A stretch of 64,000 nt of DNA. It comes from an uncultured virus (IMG/VR IMGVR_UViG_3300013004_000028). Taxonomy: Duplodnaviria; Heunggongvirae; Uroviricota; Caudoviricetes. The notes below the pieces were generated by a model, which ran no database searches, had not been told where the DNA came from, and saw only the letters and a program-made list of their open reading frames with translations. Below, piece after piece: positions 1 to 8,491 of the stretch. A program made the translations under genes and the position numbers. The first letter of the stretch is position 1. Every line of letters starts with the position of its first letter. The stretch lies in IMG/VR virus record IMGVR_UViG_3300013004_000028; one strand, given 5' to 3'.

Positions 1-133
1 AATAACCATAAGAGCCGTAGCGGCTGAAAGCCGCATATTCTCTATTACGCGCCATAGCTCTTCGAAGTTGTAGAATAACCATAAGAGCCGTAGCGGCTGA
101 AAGCCGCATATTCTCTATTACGCTCCATAACCC
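1..133. repeat. 73-bp tandem repeat (~1.8 copies visible, truncated by window start)
   Basis: Unit AATAACCATAAGAGCCGTAGCGGCTGAAAGCCGCATATTCTCTATTACGCGCCATAGCTCTTCGAAGTTGTAG restarts at 74; contains the GCGGCT-GAA-AGCCGC hairpin. Confidence 0.95.
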
Positions 134-227
134 TTGGAACTTTTACAATAAGGATTTCCCCTAGTCACGCTTAAGGTGAATAAGAGAGTGACGCACTATG
201 AACGATTACGCCACTCTCTCATTCTTT

Positions 228-431
228 TTAACTTGCTTGACGTTTCCTTAGTTCGTCAGCAAATGTCATGCCTTGGTCCCTGTAGTAGTTCTCATTATTG
301 GGGGCTGGCAATGTCGCCATTGCTTCCGCCGCCAAGCGGCAATCCATTACAACCCAATTGAGGCTTTCAATTGAGAGAGTCTTGGCTTTAGCTTTCCAAT
401 AAATGAAGTCTAGTGACGTGGCTTGTTTCAT
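228..431 (-). CDS. Hypothetical phage protein (cassette cargo), paralog of 15776..15985
   Basis: 67 aa; ATS.DFI.W..KAKTLS and NKENYY.DQG.TFADEL shared with 15776..15985; own promoter. Confidence 0.85.
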   Translation of the reverse strand: MKQATSLDFIYWKAKAKTLSIESLNWVVMDCRLAAEAMATLPAPNNENYYRDQGMTFADELRKRQAS

Positions 432-439
432 GACACCTC

Positions 440-467
440 ATTATAACTCATTCGTTGTAACCTGCAA
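440..467 (-). promoter_or_regulatory. sigma70-type promoter, leaderless
   Basis: TTGCAG-16-TATAAT, ATG 8 nt downstream. Confidence 0.75.
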
Positions 468-502
468 ATGTTTTTTTCAATTACTTTAGTTTTTTTTACC
501 AT

Positions 503-518
503 AGCAAATCTCATGCCA
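503..518 (-). promoter_or_regulatory. sigma54-like -24/-12 box
   Basis: TGGCATG-AGAT-TTGCT versus consensus TGGCACG-N4-TTGCW. Confidence 0.55.
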
Positions 519-535
519 AGTAAAACATTTTTTCT

Positions 536-638
536 GTCAAGCAAAAAAAATCCCTTACACGCTAGTAGAGGAATCCCCTAGGCGGCGCCCCCGGCTAGGG
601 GATTTCCCTATGATAGCTTAAGGTATTTTTTAGTTGAC
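536..638. repeat. Inter-cassette inverted-repeat element, copy 1
   Basis: GTCAAG-A-tract-CCCTTA, palindrome 566-580, 15-bp core, palindrome 596-610, TAAGG-T-tract-GTTGAC. Confidence 0.9.
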
Positions 639-656
639 ACGCAAATGAGTAATGCG

Positions 657-721
657 TGTTACACCATGCGCCATGTTACACCGTGCGACATGTTACACCA
701 TGCCGCACATGTTACACCATA
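657..721 (+). repeat. 17-bp TGTTACACCA-N7 direct repeats (iteron-like)
   Basis: 4 copies; similar arrays at ~990-1060, 1186-1247, 1522-1592, 1718-1780, 2202-2255, 2381-2443, 2759-2830, 3657-3690, 3794-3820. Confidence 0.9.
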
Positions 722-907
722 CTAGGATATCCAATATAATGTGCCGTTTACTGTCATTGAGCCGTCCCACCACTCATATCCTAGATACCTATTGTTAACG
801 CGAACAGAGCAAAAGTCTTGGCCCCTACGGCCCACAATGCGGGTCACAGGAGAGGCACCCCACATGGTGGGGATGGAGTATTCGTTCCGGAAAAGGTTAG
901 GTTTCAT
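722..907 (-). CDS. Hypothetical cassette protein, paralog of 1249..1440
   Basis: Start moved to 907 (TTGCGT-17-TAGAGT-8-ATG); shared PTMWG..VTR.V.RRGQD.C...EWWDG.M. Confidence 0.8.
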   Translation of the reverse strand: MKPNLFRNEYSIPTMWGASPVTRIVGRRGQDFCSVRVNNRYLGYEWWDGSMTVNGTLYWIS

Positions 908-1094
908 AGAACCCCACTCTACAGCCGTTCCTTGAATCACGCAAGTGAATTTTTCTAATTGTTTTCATTTTTCTTGGCGTGCCAATGCATGTTACACCAT
1001 GCACTATGTTACACCATACGCTATGTTACACCATGCACCATGTTACACCATACGCCATGTTTTTCGTCAAGTAAAAAAATTCCTTACGAGCTAG

Positions 1095-1139
1095 TAGAGG
1101 AATCCCCTAGCCGGGGCCGCCGCCTAGGGGATTCCCTTA
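1095..1139. repeat. Inter-cassette element core, copy 2
   Basis: TAGAGGAATCCCCTA-GCCGGGGCCGCCGCC-TAGGGGATTCCCTTA. Confidence 0.9.
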
Positions 1140-1248
1140 TGATTGCTTAGGGTATTTTTTAGTTGACACGCAAATGCGCAATGCGTGTTACACCATGCCG
1201 CATGTTACACCATGCCGCATGTTACACCATGCGGCATGTTACACCTTG

Positions 1249-1440
1249 TTATCTGATGGTGTACATCTGTCCAAATATGGACATGGTGCCATCCCACCAT
1301 TCCATGGCTATAAATATGCCACCAACATGAAGCTCGCAGTAATCTTGCCCCCGGCGGTTGACTACCCTAGTCACACGGGAAAGAGGACCCCACATGGTGG
1401 GGATAGGATGGAGTTGTGATCTGAATAGTCGTGGTATCAT
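1249..1440 (-). CDS. Hypothetical cassette protein, paralog of 722..907
   Basis: 63 aa; promoter TTGCGT-16-TATATT-8-ATG. Confidence 0.8.
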   Translation of the reverse strand: MIPRLFRSQLHPIPTMWGPLSRVTRVVNRRGQDYCELHVGGIFIAMEWWDGTMSIFGQMYTIR

Positions 1441-1626
1441 AGGACTTCAATATACCACATGCCTTGAGAGACGCAAGCGAATTTTTCTAATTGTTTTCAT
1501 TTTTCTTGGCGTGCCTATGCATGTTACACCATGCACTATGTTACACCATACGCTATGTTACACCATGCATCATGTTACACCATACGCCATGTTTTTCGTC
1601 AAGTAAAAAAATTCCTTACGAGCTAG

Positions 1627-1671
1627 TAGAGGAATCCCCTAGCCGGGGCCGCCGCCTAGGGGATTACCCTA
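1627..1671. repeat. Inter-cassette element core, copy 3
   Basis: Palindrome-15 bp-palindrome, near-identical to copy 2. Confidence 0.9.
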
Positions 1672-1783
1672 TAATCGCTTAGGGTATTTTTTAGTTGACA
1701 CGCGAATGCGCAATAACTGTTACACCATGCGCTATGTTACACCGTGCGGCATGTTACACCATGCCGCATGTTACACCATGCTC

Positions 1784-2119
1784 TTAATAATCCATTTCGA
1801 CTTCGAATAGTTCGAACATCCATGGGAGACGACTCGCGCCATCATCCCATACGCTATCGCAACGCATGTTGCGAAAAAACTCGTCAGTACTTTCGTACTT
1901 GTGTATTATACCATGATGTTCCGTTAGGAACCAGTGAATTTCCTCGTCTCCCCAGTATTCTCCCACTTCGTCATCCAAGAATGTATATACTTCATCCTGA
2001 GTGACAGGATCAGAGTCTTCCATTGCCATTTGAAGCGCTATAACTATCTGCGCTTCAATCGTCTTCTCAGACGATAGGTTGATCAAGCTGAGATAAGGAT
2101 GGTTACTGTTGTTTATCAT
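1784..2119 (-). CDS. Acidic hypothetical cassette protein, paralog of 3312..3575
   Basis: 111 aa; shared N.PYL...QMA.ED.D.V...EV; leaderless promoter TTGCGT-17-TATAGT. Confidence 0.8.
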   Translation of the reverse strand: MINNSNHPYLSLINLSSEKTIEAQIVIALQMAMEDSDPVTQDEVYTFLDDEVGEYWGDEEIHWFLTEHHGIIHKYESTDEFFRNMRCDSVWDDGASRLPWMFELFEVEMDY

Positions 2120-2289
2120 CGGACCTCACTATACATCCGTTCCTTGAATCACGCAAGTGAATTTTTCTAATTGTTTTCATTTTTCTTGGCGTGCCAACGC
2201 ATGTTACACCATGCACCATGTTACACCATGCACCATGTTACACCATGCGGCATGTTTTCTGTCAAGCAAAAAAATCCCTTACGCGCTAG

Positions 2290-2334
2290 TAGAGGAATCC
2301 CCTAGCCGAGCCCGCCGCCTAGGGGATTACCCTA
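2290..2334. repeat. Inter-cassette element core, copy 4
   Basis: Palindrome-GCCGAGCCCGCCGCC-palindrome. Confidence 0.9.
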
Positions 2335-2445
2335 TAATCGCTTAGGGTATTTTTTAGTTGACACGCAAATGCGCAATGCGTGTTACACCATGCGCCATGT
2401 TACACCGTGCGACATGTTACACCATGCCGCACATGTTACACCACC

Positions 2446-2676
2446 CTAGGACATCCTGTATATTCGACACTCAAAGTTTGACCCTATGGTGTCCCACACC
2501 ATGTACATTTTCCCGCTTTCCATCAGACCGATAAATCGGCCTTCCGCCGTCCACATGTTCAGATTTACATCTCCCGGTCTTTTGACTCTGAAATGTGGCT
2601 GGTCAATTGACCAGCAGGAGACTGTGGACGACCATGTGCGAAAAGAAGGACGGTTGGCAGTAGTTGTGTTGCTCAT
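2446..2676 (-). CDS. Hypothetical cassette protein
   Basis: 76 aa; promoter nearly identical to that of 1784..2119. Confidence 0.75.
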   Translation of the reverse strand: MSNTTTANRPSFRTWSSTVSCWSIDQPHFRVKRPGDVNLNMWTAEGRFIGLMESGKMYMVWDTIGSNFECRIYRMS

Positions 2677-2863
2677 AGGACTTCACTATACATCCGTTCC
2701 TTGAATCACGCAAGCGAATTTTTTTAATTGTTTTCTTTTTTCTTGGCGTGCCAATGCATGTTACACCATGCACCATGTTACACCATACGCTATGTTACAC
2801 CATGCACCATGTTACACCATACGCCATGTTTTTCGTCAAGTGAAAAAACACCTGATGCGCTAG

Positions 2864-2931
2864 TAGAGGAATCCACTAGGCGACGGGCCCGGCTAGGGGA
2901 TTCCCCTATGGCCTCTTAAGGGATTCCCCTA
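2864..2931. repeat. Inter-cassette element core, copy 5 (plus a third palindrome)
   Basis: TAGAGGAATCCACTA-GGCGACGGGCCCGGC-TAGGGGATTCCCCTA, then TAAGGGATTCCCCTA at 2917. Confidence 0.88.
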
Positions 2932-2960
2932 AGTTATAAAAACCAGCATCCCTATAATCT

Positions 2961-3285
2961 CTATTAAGCGCTATAGCTCTTCGAAGTCGTAGAGTAGCTA
3001 TAAGAGCCATAGCGGCTGAAAGCCGCATAATCGCTATTAAGCACTATAGCTCTTCGAAGTCGTAGAGTAGCTATAAGAGCCATAGCGGCTGAAAGCCGCA
3101 TAATCGCTATTAAGCGCCATAGCTCTTCGAAGTCGTAGAGTAGCTATAAGAGCCATAGCGGCTGAAAGCCGCATAATCGCTATTAAGCGCCATAGCTCTT
3201 CGAAGTTGTAGAATAACCATAAGAGCCGTAGCGGCTGAAAGCCGCATAATCGCTATTAAGCGCTATAGCTCTTCGAAGTCGTAGA
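2961..3285. repeat. 73-bp tandem repeat, ~4.5 copies
   Basis: GCTCTTCGAAG at 2976, 3049, 3122, 3195, 3268. Confidence 0.95.
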
Positions 3286-3311
3286 AAATCTATAATGAAT
3301 GTTACATCATC

Positions 3312-3575
3312 TTAAGAGTCGTAAAACTCTTTTAGAAATTTCTCCGGAGTTTCTTTGTATTTTTTATAAATCCTGCGGTCGTCTAAGACGCATAAAATTT
3401 CCTCGTGACAGATATATTCTCTTATATCCAATAGATAATAAAAGACCTCCCACATTTGGACTTGATCATCGTCCTCATATGCCATTTGCACAACAATCTC
3501 CAAATCCGCAAAAGCTTCTTCGAGATTGTTCAAAGAACACTGCTGGAGGTAGGGGTTCTTATTGGTGTTCATCAT
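3312..3575 (-). CDS. Acidic hypothetical cassette protein, paralog of 1784..2119
   Basis: Start moved to 3575 (TTGCGT-17-TATGTT-8-ATG). Confidence 0.78.
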   Translation of the reverse strand: MMNTNKNPYLQQCSLNNLEEAFADLEIVVQMAYEDDDQVQMWEVFYYLLDIREYICHEEILCVLDDRRIYKKYKETPEKFLKEFYDS

Positions 3576-3701
3576 CAGGTCACAACATACAGCCGACTCT
3601 CTAATCACGCAAGAGTTTTTTTCAATCGTTTTTGTTTTTTTTAGCGCAGTAATACATGTTACACCATGCTACATGTTATATCATGGTACCCTAACCGTTA
3701 G

Positions 3702-3746
3702 TAAGGGATTCCCCTACGCGGCGTCCCCGTCTAGGGGATTCCTCTA
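3702..3746. repeat. Inter-cassette element core, copy 6
   Basis: TAAGGGATTCCCCTA-CGCGGCGTCCCCGTC-TAGGGGATTCCTCTA; lies between divergent genes. Confidence 0.9.
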
Positions 3747-3861
3747 TGGAACGCTAAGGGAATTTTTTAGTTGACACGCAAATGCGCAATCCGTGTTACA
3801 CCATGTCATATGTTACACCATGCGACGCGCCAAGATAAATGAAATAAATCGAAAATATCCG

Positions 3862-3889
3862 TTGCGTCTTTCGCGGCCTGTGTTATAGT
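3862..3889 (+). promoter_or_regulatory. Early-type sigma70 promoter, leaderless
   Basis: AAAATATCCG-TTGCGT-16-TATAGT-6-ATG, extended TG; same design at 4885, 5372, 5820, 6456, 8459, 8751, 9475. Confidence 0.85.
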
Positions 3890-3895
3890 AAGGAC

Positions 3896-4102
3896 ATGAA
3901 AGAAACCCACTATCTCCTATCTGGCCTAAAACCCACAGGCGAGCACCTCGCCCTTTGGGCTTTAGAGTCCATAGTTAAGCTGTCCCGCCTCCACGGTCAT
4001 CCCTTAGAAAGACCGGAAGCCACGGAGTGGCTGTCACAGTCTACAGAAAAGTCTCTTGACCGAGACTGGGTAGAATGGCGATTAGATGGCATCTTTGACT
4101 AA
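3896..4102 (+). CDS. Hypothetical cassette protein
   Basis: 68 aa ORF starting 6 nt after a -10 box. Confidence 0.75.
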   Translation: MKETHYLLSGLKPTGEHLALWALESIVKLSRLHGHPLERPEATEWLSQSTEKSLDRDWVEWRLDGIFD

Positions 4103-4185
4103 GGTGCTATCTCCCTCCCTTAAAAAGTTAAAAATAATCAAAAGGAACTCGACACACCCCGAGTTCTATGGTAAACTCCTATACT

Positions 4186-4710
4186 ATGAAATCTCTACTC
4201 TTTATAGCCTTTATCTGTTTCACAGCTTTTGCTTATGGCATCTCTTCACCGAGTGTCAATGGTAAAAGGTTTGTCCCTGACTATTTTCAGATTGCGCTTG
4301 ACGGCGTAAAGAGTTTTGAGGGTTTCAGAGAGAAGCCATATAAATGTCCGGCGGGAGTGCGGACTATAGGATACGGCTTTACTGGCCCTTTAGCTAAGGT
4401 TAAAAATATCAGTAAAGAAGACGCAGATCTTCTCTTGACTAAAGAGCTTCACCAATATGTCTTGACTGTTGAAGATAATGTGAAAGTCCCCTTGACCCGC
4501 AATCAGCTTTATGCACTGGCCAGTTTCACATACAACTGCGGAGAAGGAAACCTTCGCCAGCTTGTCAACGGAAAAAATAGGCTAAACTCCGGAAACTATA
4601 AATCAGTTGAGAGGTTGTTACCTAAGTATCGTAAAGGCGGCGGGAAGGTTCTGAAAGGATTGCAAAAGAGGCGGGAGTGGGAAGTTAAGCTGTGGAAAGG
4701 TGAGCTTTAA
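4186..4710 (+). CDS. Phage lysozyme (GH24-like) with N-terminal signal/SAR segment
   Basis: FEGFREKPYKCPAGVRTIGYG catalytic motif, ALASFTYNCG, LKGLQKRREWE; hydrophobic N-terminus MKSLLFIAFICFTAFAYG. Confidence 0.92.
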   Translation: MKSLLFIAFICFTAFAYGISSPSVNGKRFVPDYFQIALDGVKSFEGFREKPYKCPAGVRTIGYGFTGPLAKVKNISKEDADLLLTKELHQYVLTVEDNVKVPLTRNQLYALASFTYNCGEGNLRQLVNGKNRLNSGNYKSVERLLPKYRKGGGKVLKGLQKRREWEVKLWKGEL

Positions 4711-4741
4711 AAGTCAAGCGCCGCCTCCCCCTAAGGGGGAG

Positions 4742-4786
4742 TAGGGGATTCCCCTACGCGGCGTCCCCGGCTAGGGGATTCCCTTA
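4742..4786. repeat. Inter-cassette element core, copy 7
   Basis: TAGGGGATTCCCCTA-CGCGGCGTCCCCGGC-TAGGGGATTCCCTTA, preceded by CTCCCCCTAAGGGGGAG hairpin. Confidence 0.92.
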
Positions 4787-4918
4787 TGGTCGCTTAGGGG
4801 AATTTTTCGCTTGACCCATAAAAACGCAATAGTTGTTACACCATACGACGCGCAAAAATAAACGAAAACAATTGAAAATATCCGTTGCGTTCCTCACTGC
4901 ATGTGATATAATGAAATC

Positions 4919-5191
4919 GTGAAACTTGACTCTCTTATCGCCCAGCTCGAAGCTCTCAAGGCCATGTACGGCCCAGACATAGAGGTCGCCTTCAAGGCGG
5001 CGTCAGAAACACAAAGTACGCCAATCACAAGCGCCGCCTTCAATTTCGAGGAGGCAACCAGAGATTGGATTATATCCCTAGCCTCGGAGGTCGAAGAGGA
5101 TGAATGCGACTATTCCGGCGAATGGGACGAAGCAGAAAACGACTACGAGAGGAGAATGGAGGGATGGATGGACTCCAGAGGGGAGGAGTAG
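4919..5191 (+). CDS. Hypothetical cassette protein, acidic C-terminus
   Basis: GTG start 6 nt after TATAAT. Confidence 0.8.
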   Translation: MKLDSLIAQLEALKAMYGPDIEVAFKAASETQSTPITSAAFNFEEATRDWIISLASEVEEDECDYSGEWDEAENDYERRMEGWMDSRGEE

Positions 5192-5228
5192 TCAAGGGAA
5201 AAAATCTAAGAACCCCCCTAAGAGGGGG

Positions 5229-5273
5229 TAGGGGATTCCCCTACGCGGCGTCCCCGGCTAGGGGATTCCCCTA
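5229..5273. repeat. Inter-cassette element core, copy 8
   Basis: Same palindrome-core-palindrome. Confidence 0.92.
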
Positions 5274-5405
5274 TGGTACGATAAGGGAATTTTTTAGTTG
5301 ACTCTCAAATGCGCAATACATGTTACACCATGCGGCGAGCCAAGATATATGAAATAAATCGAAAATATCCGTTGCATTTTTTCCTCCCTGTGATATACTG
5401 ATTAC

Positions 5406-5633
5406 ATGAGTTTACCACATCTTAAGTATATACATTTATCACGATTCGATAAATTGGACTTCTTGATTAACAATTGCGGCGAAGGTTTTGTTAAAGAGTG
5501 CACTCTCTTGACCGAATTAGTCGGGTACATGTCTGACTCCGACTTTTCTGATTTCTTTGATAAAATCTGCCGTGAGTGGGGTATTGAGGTATCAGAAGAA
5601 ATCTGCTGGGATTGGGAGACTGAAGGAGTCTAA
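5406..5633 (+). CDS. Hypothetical cassette protein, paralog of 9509..9703
   Basis: Shared KLDFLI.NC.E.FVKEC.LLTELVGYMSDSDFSDFFDK.CREW. Confidence 0.85.
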   Translation: MSLPHLKYIHLSRFDKLDFLINNCGEGFVKECTLLTELVGYMSDSDFSDFFDKICREWGIEVSEEICWDWETEGV

Positions 5634-5679
5634 GGGGAGACGATTAGAAAGTCAAGAAAACAACTCCCCTAAGGGGGAG

Positions 5680-5724
5680 TAGGGGATTCCCCTACGCGGC
5701 GTCCCCGGCTAGGGGATTCCCCTA
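5680..5724. repeat. Inter-cassette element core, copy 9
   Basis: Same palindrome-core-palindrome. Confidence 0.92.
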
Positions 5725-5853
5725 TGGTACGATAAGGGAATTTTTAGTTGACTCATAAATGCGCAATGCGTGTTACACCATCCCACGACAAAAAAAAGAA
5801 AAAGAATTGAAAATATCCGTTGCTTTCCTGAAACGCTGGACTATAGTCAAGAC

Positions 5854-6267
5854 ATGACTCTTCAATCACCACCCGCTATCATCAAAGTTCCTTCCAACGT
5901 CTTGGCCGATGCCATGATCAACCGCTACTTCATCGCTGGCTTCCTGAACTGTTCAGAAGAGCAAATCTCTGACTGGGATATCAACTGGGAGAAAGGACAC
6001 CTTTCTGTCACCTTTATCCCTGAATCCGATTTTTGGGGAGACTCTCTCAGGGAGTACCTCAACATAGAGTTCCAGCTTTTCGGAGAGGACATAGAAGGAA
6101 ACGTCTGGGAGTTTCCCAACTCAGACAGAGTTCTAGAGTGGTTCTCTCTAGAGAAGAAAGGCCCCATGGGATCATGGAACGCGGGAGTAGCGGCTCACAA
6201 AGACAGCATGGAATGGGTGTGCTGGATGATAGCAAATAGCAAGGACGGCCTACTGAAAGATATGTAA
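5854..6267 (+). CDS. Hypothetical cassette protein
   Basis: Start moved to 5854 (TTGCTT-16-TATAGT-6-ATG); 137 aa. Confidence 0.8.
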   Translation: MTLQSPPAIIKVPSNVLADAMINRYFIAGFLNCSEEQISDWDINWEKGHLSVTFIPESDFWGDSLREYLNIEFQLFGEDIEGNVWEFPNSDRVLEWFSLEKKGPMGSWNAGVAAHKDSMEWVCWMIANSKDGLLKDM

Positions 6268-6314
6268 AGTTGTTACACCAAGCAAGTCAAATAAAAAACT
6301 CCCCTAAGGGGGAG

Positions 6315-6359
6315 TAGGGGATTCCCCTACGCGGCGTCCCCGGCTAGGGGATTCCCCTA
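6315..6359. repeat. Inter-cassette element core, copy 10
   Basis: Same palindrome-core-palindrome. Confidence 0.92.
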
Positions 6360-6491
6360 TGGTCGCTTAGGGGAATTTTTATGTTGACTCATGAAAAAAT
6401 AATTCATGTTACACCATCGCCTCCAAAGAAAAAGAAAAACAATTCAAAATATCCGTTGACTCTCTCTTGGCTTGTGTTATAGTATGGGACT

Positions 6492-6695
6492 ATGAATACC
6501 CTATATGTTGTCGAGGCCGAGTCCGGAGTTCACCACGGGAATTGCGAGCTAGGAGTGGGCCTAAGCCGCGCCGCCGCCATATGTGATGCCTACGGCCCCG
6601 GAGGTAAGCTCCCCCGCCATGCGTGGGTCAATATCGTCTCCCGCGAAAAGGAGCCGAAAAGGTTCGAGCGCCTAAAGGCTCAAAATGGCCTTTAG
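6492..6695 (+). CDS. Hypothetical cassette protein
   Basis: 67 aa; TTGACT-16-TATAGT-8-ATG. Confidence 0.75.
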   Translation: MNTLYVVEAESGVHHGNCELGVGLSRAAAICDAYGPGGKLPRHAWVNIVSREKEPKRFERLKAQNGL

Positions 6696-6725
6696 TGTCA
6701 AGCGAAAAACACCCCTAGGACACCC

Positions 6726-6770
6726 TAGGGGATTTCCCTACGCGGGGACGCCGCCTAGGGGATTCCTCTA
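6726..6770. repeat. Inter-cassette element core, copy 11
   Basis: TAGGGGATTTCCCTA-CGCGGGGACGCCGCC-TAGGGGATTCCTCTA. Confidence 0.88.
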
Positions 6771-6814
6771 TGATTGCTTAGGGGATTTGCCTAGGGTATA
6801 AAAACCATCATTCC

Positions 6815-7070
6815 TATAATCACTATTAAGGTAAATAGCTCTTCGAAGTTGTATAATCACTATTAAAGGCTATAGCTCTTCGAAGTTGTAGAATATCCAT
6901 AAGAGCCGTAGCGGCTGAAAGCCGCATATTCTCTATTACGCGCCATAGCTCTTCGAAGTTGTAGAATACCCATAAGAGCCGTAGCGGCTGAAAGCCGCAT
7001 ATTCTCTATTACGCGCCATAGCTCTTCGAAGTTGTATAATAACTATTAAGAGCTATAACCCTTCAAACTT
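6815..7070. repeat. 73-bp and ~37-bp half-unit tandem repeats
   Basis: Recurring ATAGCTCTTCGAAGTTGTA and GCGGCTGAAAGCCGC; same family as 1-133. Confidence 0.9.
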
Positions 7071-7071
7071 T

Positions 7072-7398
7072 TCAAATCAATCCCTTCACAATTAACCATG
7101 AAGGAGAACCATAACTATCCGTTCCGTCAGGTTCAACCGTTTCACCTAGGATAGACTTGCAATTGCCGTTACTGTCCCATCGTGATAGACTTGACACAGA
7201 AGGTTCCTTCTTCCCTAGCATTTTAATAGCCGTACCATTGGAGATTTTAAACTCTGACTCTGAACCGTACACTTTGACACGAGGACGATGACCGATAGCA
7301 GTCTCTTCCCATCTAATAGAGAATTTGTTCCCCGCTTTCAGGACACTGCCGTCTTTCATTTTGATTTCAGTTTTATTGATAAATGAGTGAGTTTTCAT
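7072..7398 (-). CDS. Conserved phage hypothetical protein
   Basis: 108 aa; C-terminal C...GETVEPDG...GSPSWL motif. Confidence 0.8.
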   Translation of the reverse strand: MKTHSFINKTEIKMKDGSVLKAGNKFSIRWEETAIGHRPRVKVYGSESEFKISNGTAIKMLGKKEPSVSSLSRWDSNGNCKSILGETVEPDGTDSYGSPSWLIVKGLI

Positions 7399-7455
7399 GT
7401 ATTCAGTTTACCACACGGTTTTCAGATAGCAAAAAGTATTTTCAATTATTTTGTT

Positions 7456-7755
7456 TTATTGATAAAAGAAATTTTTGGCCCTCATCACAAGAGAAAGATA
7501 TTGTGAGATTCTGATATGATGAAAAAGTCCACGATCAGGAGATTTTAAATAACCTTTAATTCCACCGTACTTAGCTATTGACTTATCCGGGTTACGTGGT
7601 GGATACAACGGGTTACCCTTGCCTTCTATCTGACCCCAGATATCTACTGTATCGCCCCACACGGCGGCAGTCAGTCGGATAGTTCCACCCTGTAGTGATG
7701 GAACCGTTAGGGTGACGTGATATGGGTGAAGGCCGGGTTGCAATTCAGGTTTCAT
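7456..7755 (-). CDS. Hypothetical protein
   Basis: 99 aa ORF in operon with 7758..8000. Confidence 0.65.
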   Translation of the reverse strand: MKPELQPGLHPYHVTLTVPSLQGGTIRLTAAVWGDTVDIWGQIEGKGNPLYPPRNPDKSIAKYGGIKGYLKSPDRGLFHHIRISQYLSLVMRAKNFFYQ

Positions 7756-7757
7756 TT

Positions 7758-8000
7758 TTAGTCGCTGAGAAGTTCATCTCTTTCCTCATTGTAAATAGAC
7801 AAACATGAAGGCCTTTCAAAATCAATATCGCCTAACGATAAATCGCCTAAAGAGACTTTTTTCCATTCTACGTTGTCAAGCGTATAATGAAAAACGTCCC
7901 ACTTGACATAGCAATCTTTGACTTGATCCCAGCTATCGACTGGAATATCGACATCTGTTGAAGAGCCAACCGAATAAGACGCATCAATTGTGATTTTCAT
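7758..8000 (-). CDS. Hypothetical protein, paralog of 9081..9329
   Basis: Shared MK..I..SY.V.SS...D.P...KD...V.HY.L...W.K. Confidence 0.8.
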   Translation of the reverse strand: MKITIDASYSVGSSTDVDIPVDSWDQVKDCYVKWDVFHYTLDNVEWKKVSLGDLSLGDIDFERPSCLSIYNEERDELLSD

Positions 8001-8130
8001 TTTATAATAAGTTAAGAACTAGTGAAAGCTAAACATCGCTTTCATGTGATTAGTATATCACAGCCATCGAAAAACTCAACGGATATTTTTAATTCTTTTG
8101 ATTTATTTTAAGAGTGTACTATACTAAAGC

Positions 8131-8307
8131 ATGAGCCTAGACAAAGCAATCGAACACAATAAGGAGAAAAGAGCACCGTTCCGGAAAAGTAAACGCTTTG
8201 ATAGAACTTGCCGCAATCATGGAAAGTGTCCATACTGTGAAGGGAACAGAACTTTTCAATCAGAAAAAGAACTTCAGAGAATAGAAAGCTTTGGAGAAGA
8301 AGAATAG
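8131..8307 (+). CDS. Small Cys/His phage protein (58 aa, below ORF-track cutoff)
   Basis: MSLDKAIEHNKEKRAPFRKSKRFDRTCRNHGKCPYCEGNR..., 5 nt after TATACT. Confidence 0.75.
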   Translation: MSLDKAIEHNKEKRAPFRKSKRFDRTCRNHGKCPYCEGNRTFQSEKELQRIESFGEEE

Positions 8308-8341
8308 AGAATGTCAAGCACCGCCTCCCCTTAAGTGGGAA

Positions 8342-8387
8342 TAGGGGATTACCCTATGCCTACCCCCCCGCATAGGGGATTCCCTTA
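8342..8387. repeat. Inter-cassette element core, copy 12 (divergent 16-bp core)
   Basis: TAGGGGATTACCCTA-16-TAGGGGATTCCCTTA. Confidence 0.8.
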
Positions 8388-8406
8388 TAGTGTCTTAGGG
8401 TTGACT

Positions 8407-8422
8407 TGGCACGCCGCCTGCT
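8407..8422 (+). promoter_or_regulatory. sigma54-like -24/-12 box
   Basis: TGGCACG-CCGC-CTGCT; also 9423-9438, 9837-9852 (+) and 12288-12303 (-). Confidence 0.5.
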
Positions 8423-8491
8423 TGTGTAAAGAAAATTGAAAACAATCGAAAATATCCGTTGCAATCTAATACCCCTGTGACATAATAAAGC

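Noticed and set aside
536..638. Canonical integron attC site or IS/MITE
   Set aside because: No RYYYAAC/GTTRRRY boxes, no target-site duplications seen, and no integrase or transposase in the window.
959..2919. Plus-strand ORFs MFSFFLAC..MLHH.. (959, 1174, 1358, 1491, 1744, 2157, 2728)
   Set aside because: They are translations of the non-coding repeats; the credible genes are on the minus strand with promoters.
2961..3285. CRISPR array from the 73-bp period (about 36+37)
   Set aside because: The would-be spacers are near-identical between units, so this is a tandem repeat.
657..3820. CRISPR array from TGTTACACCA repeats
   Set aside because: The repeat is 10 bp with 7-bp, mutually similar spacers; no cas genes.
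4742..4786. GGGGATTCCCC as a eukaryotic NF-kB site
   Set aside because: The context is a bacteriophage with bacterial promoters, so the match is coincidental.
8020..8045. Leaderless 8-aa ORF MKAMFSFH after an early promoter
   Set aside because: Too short to support; it may be a truncated remnant or the leader of the 8000/7755 operon.
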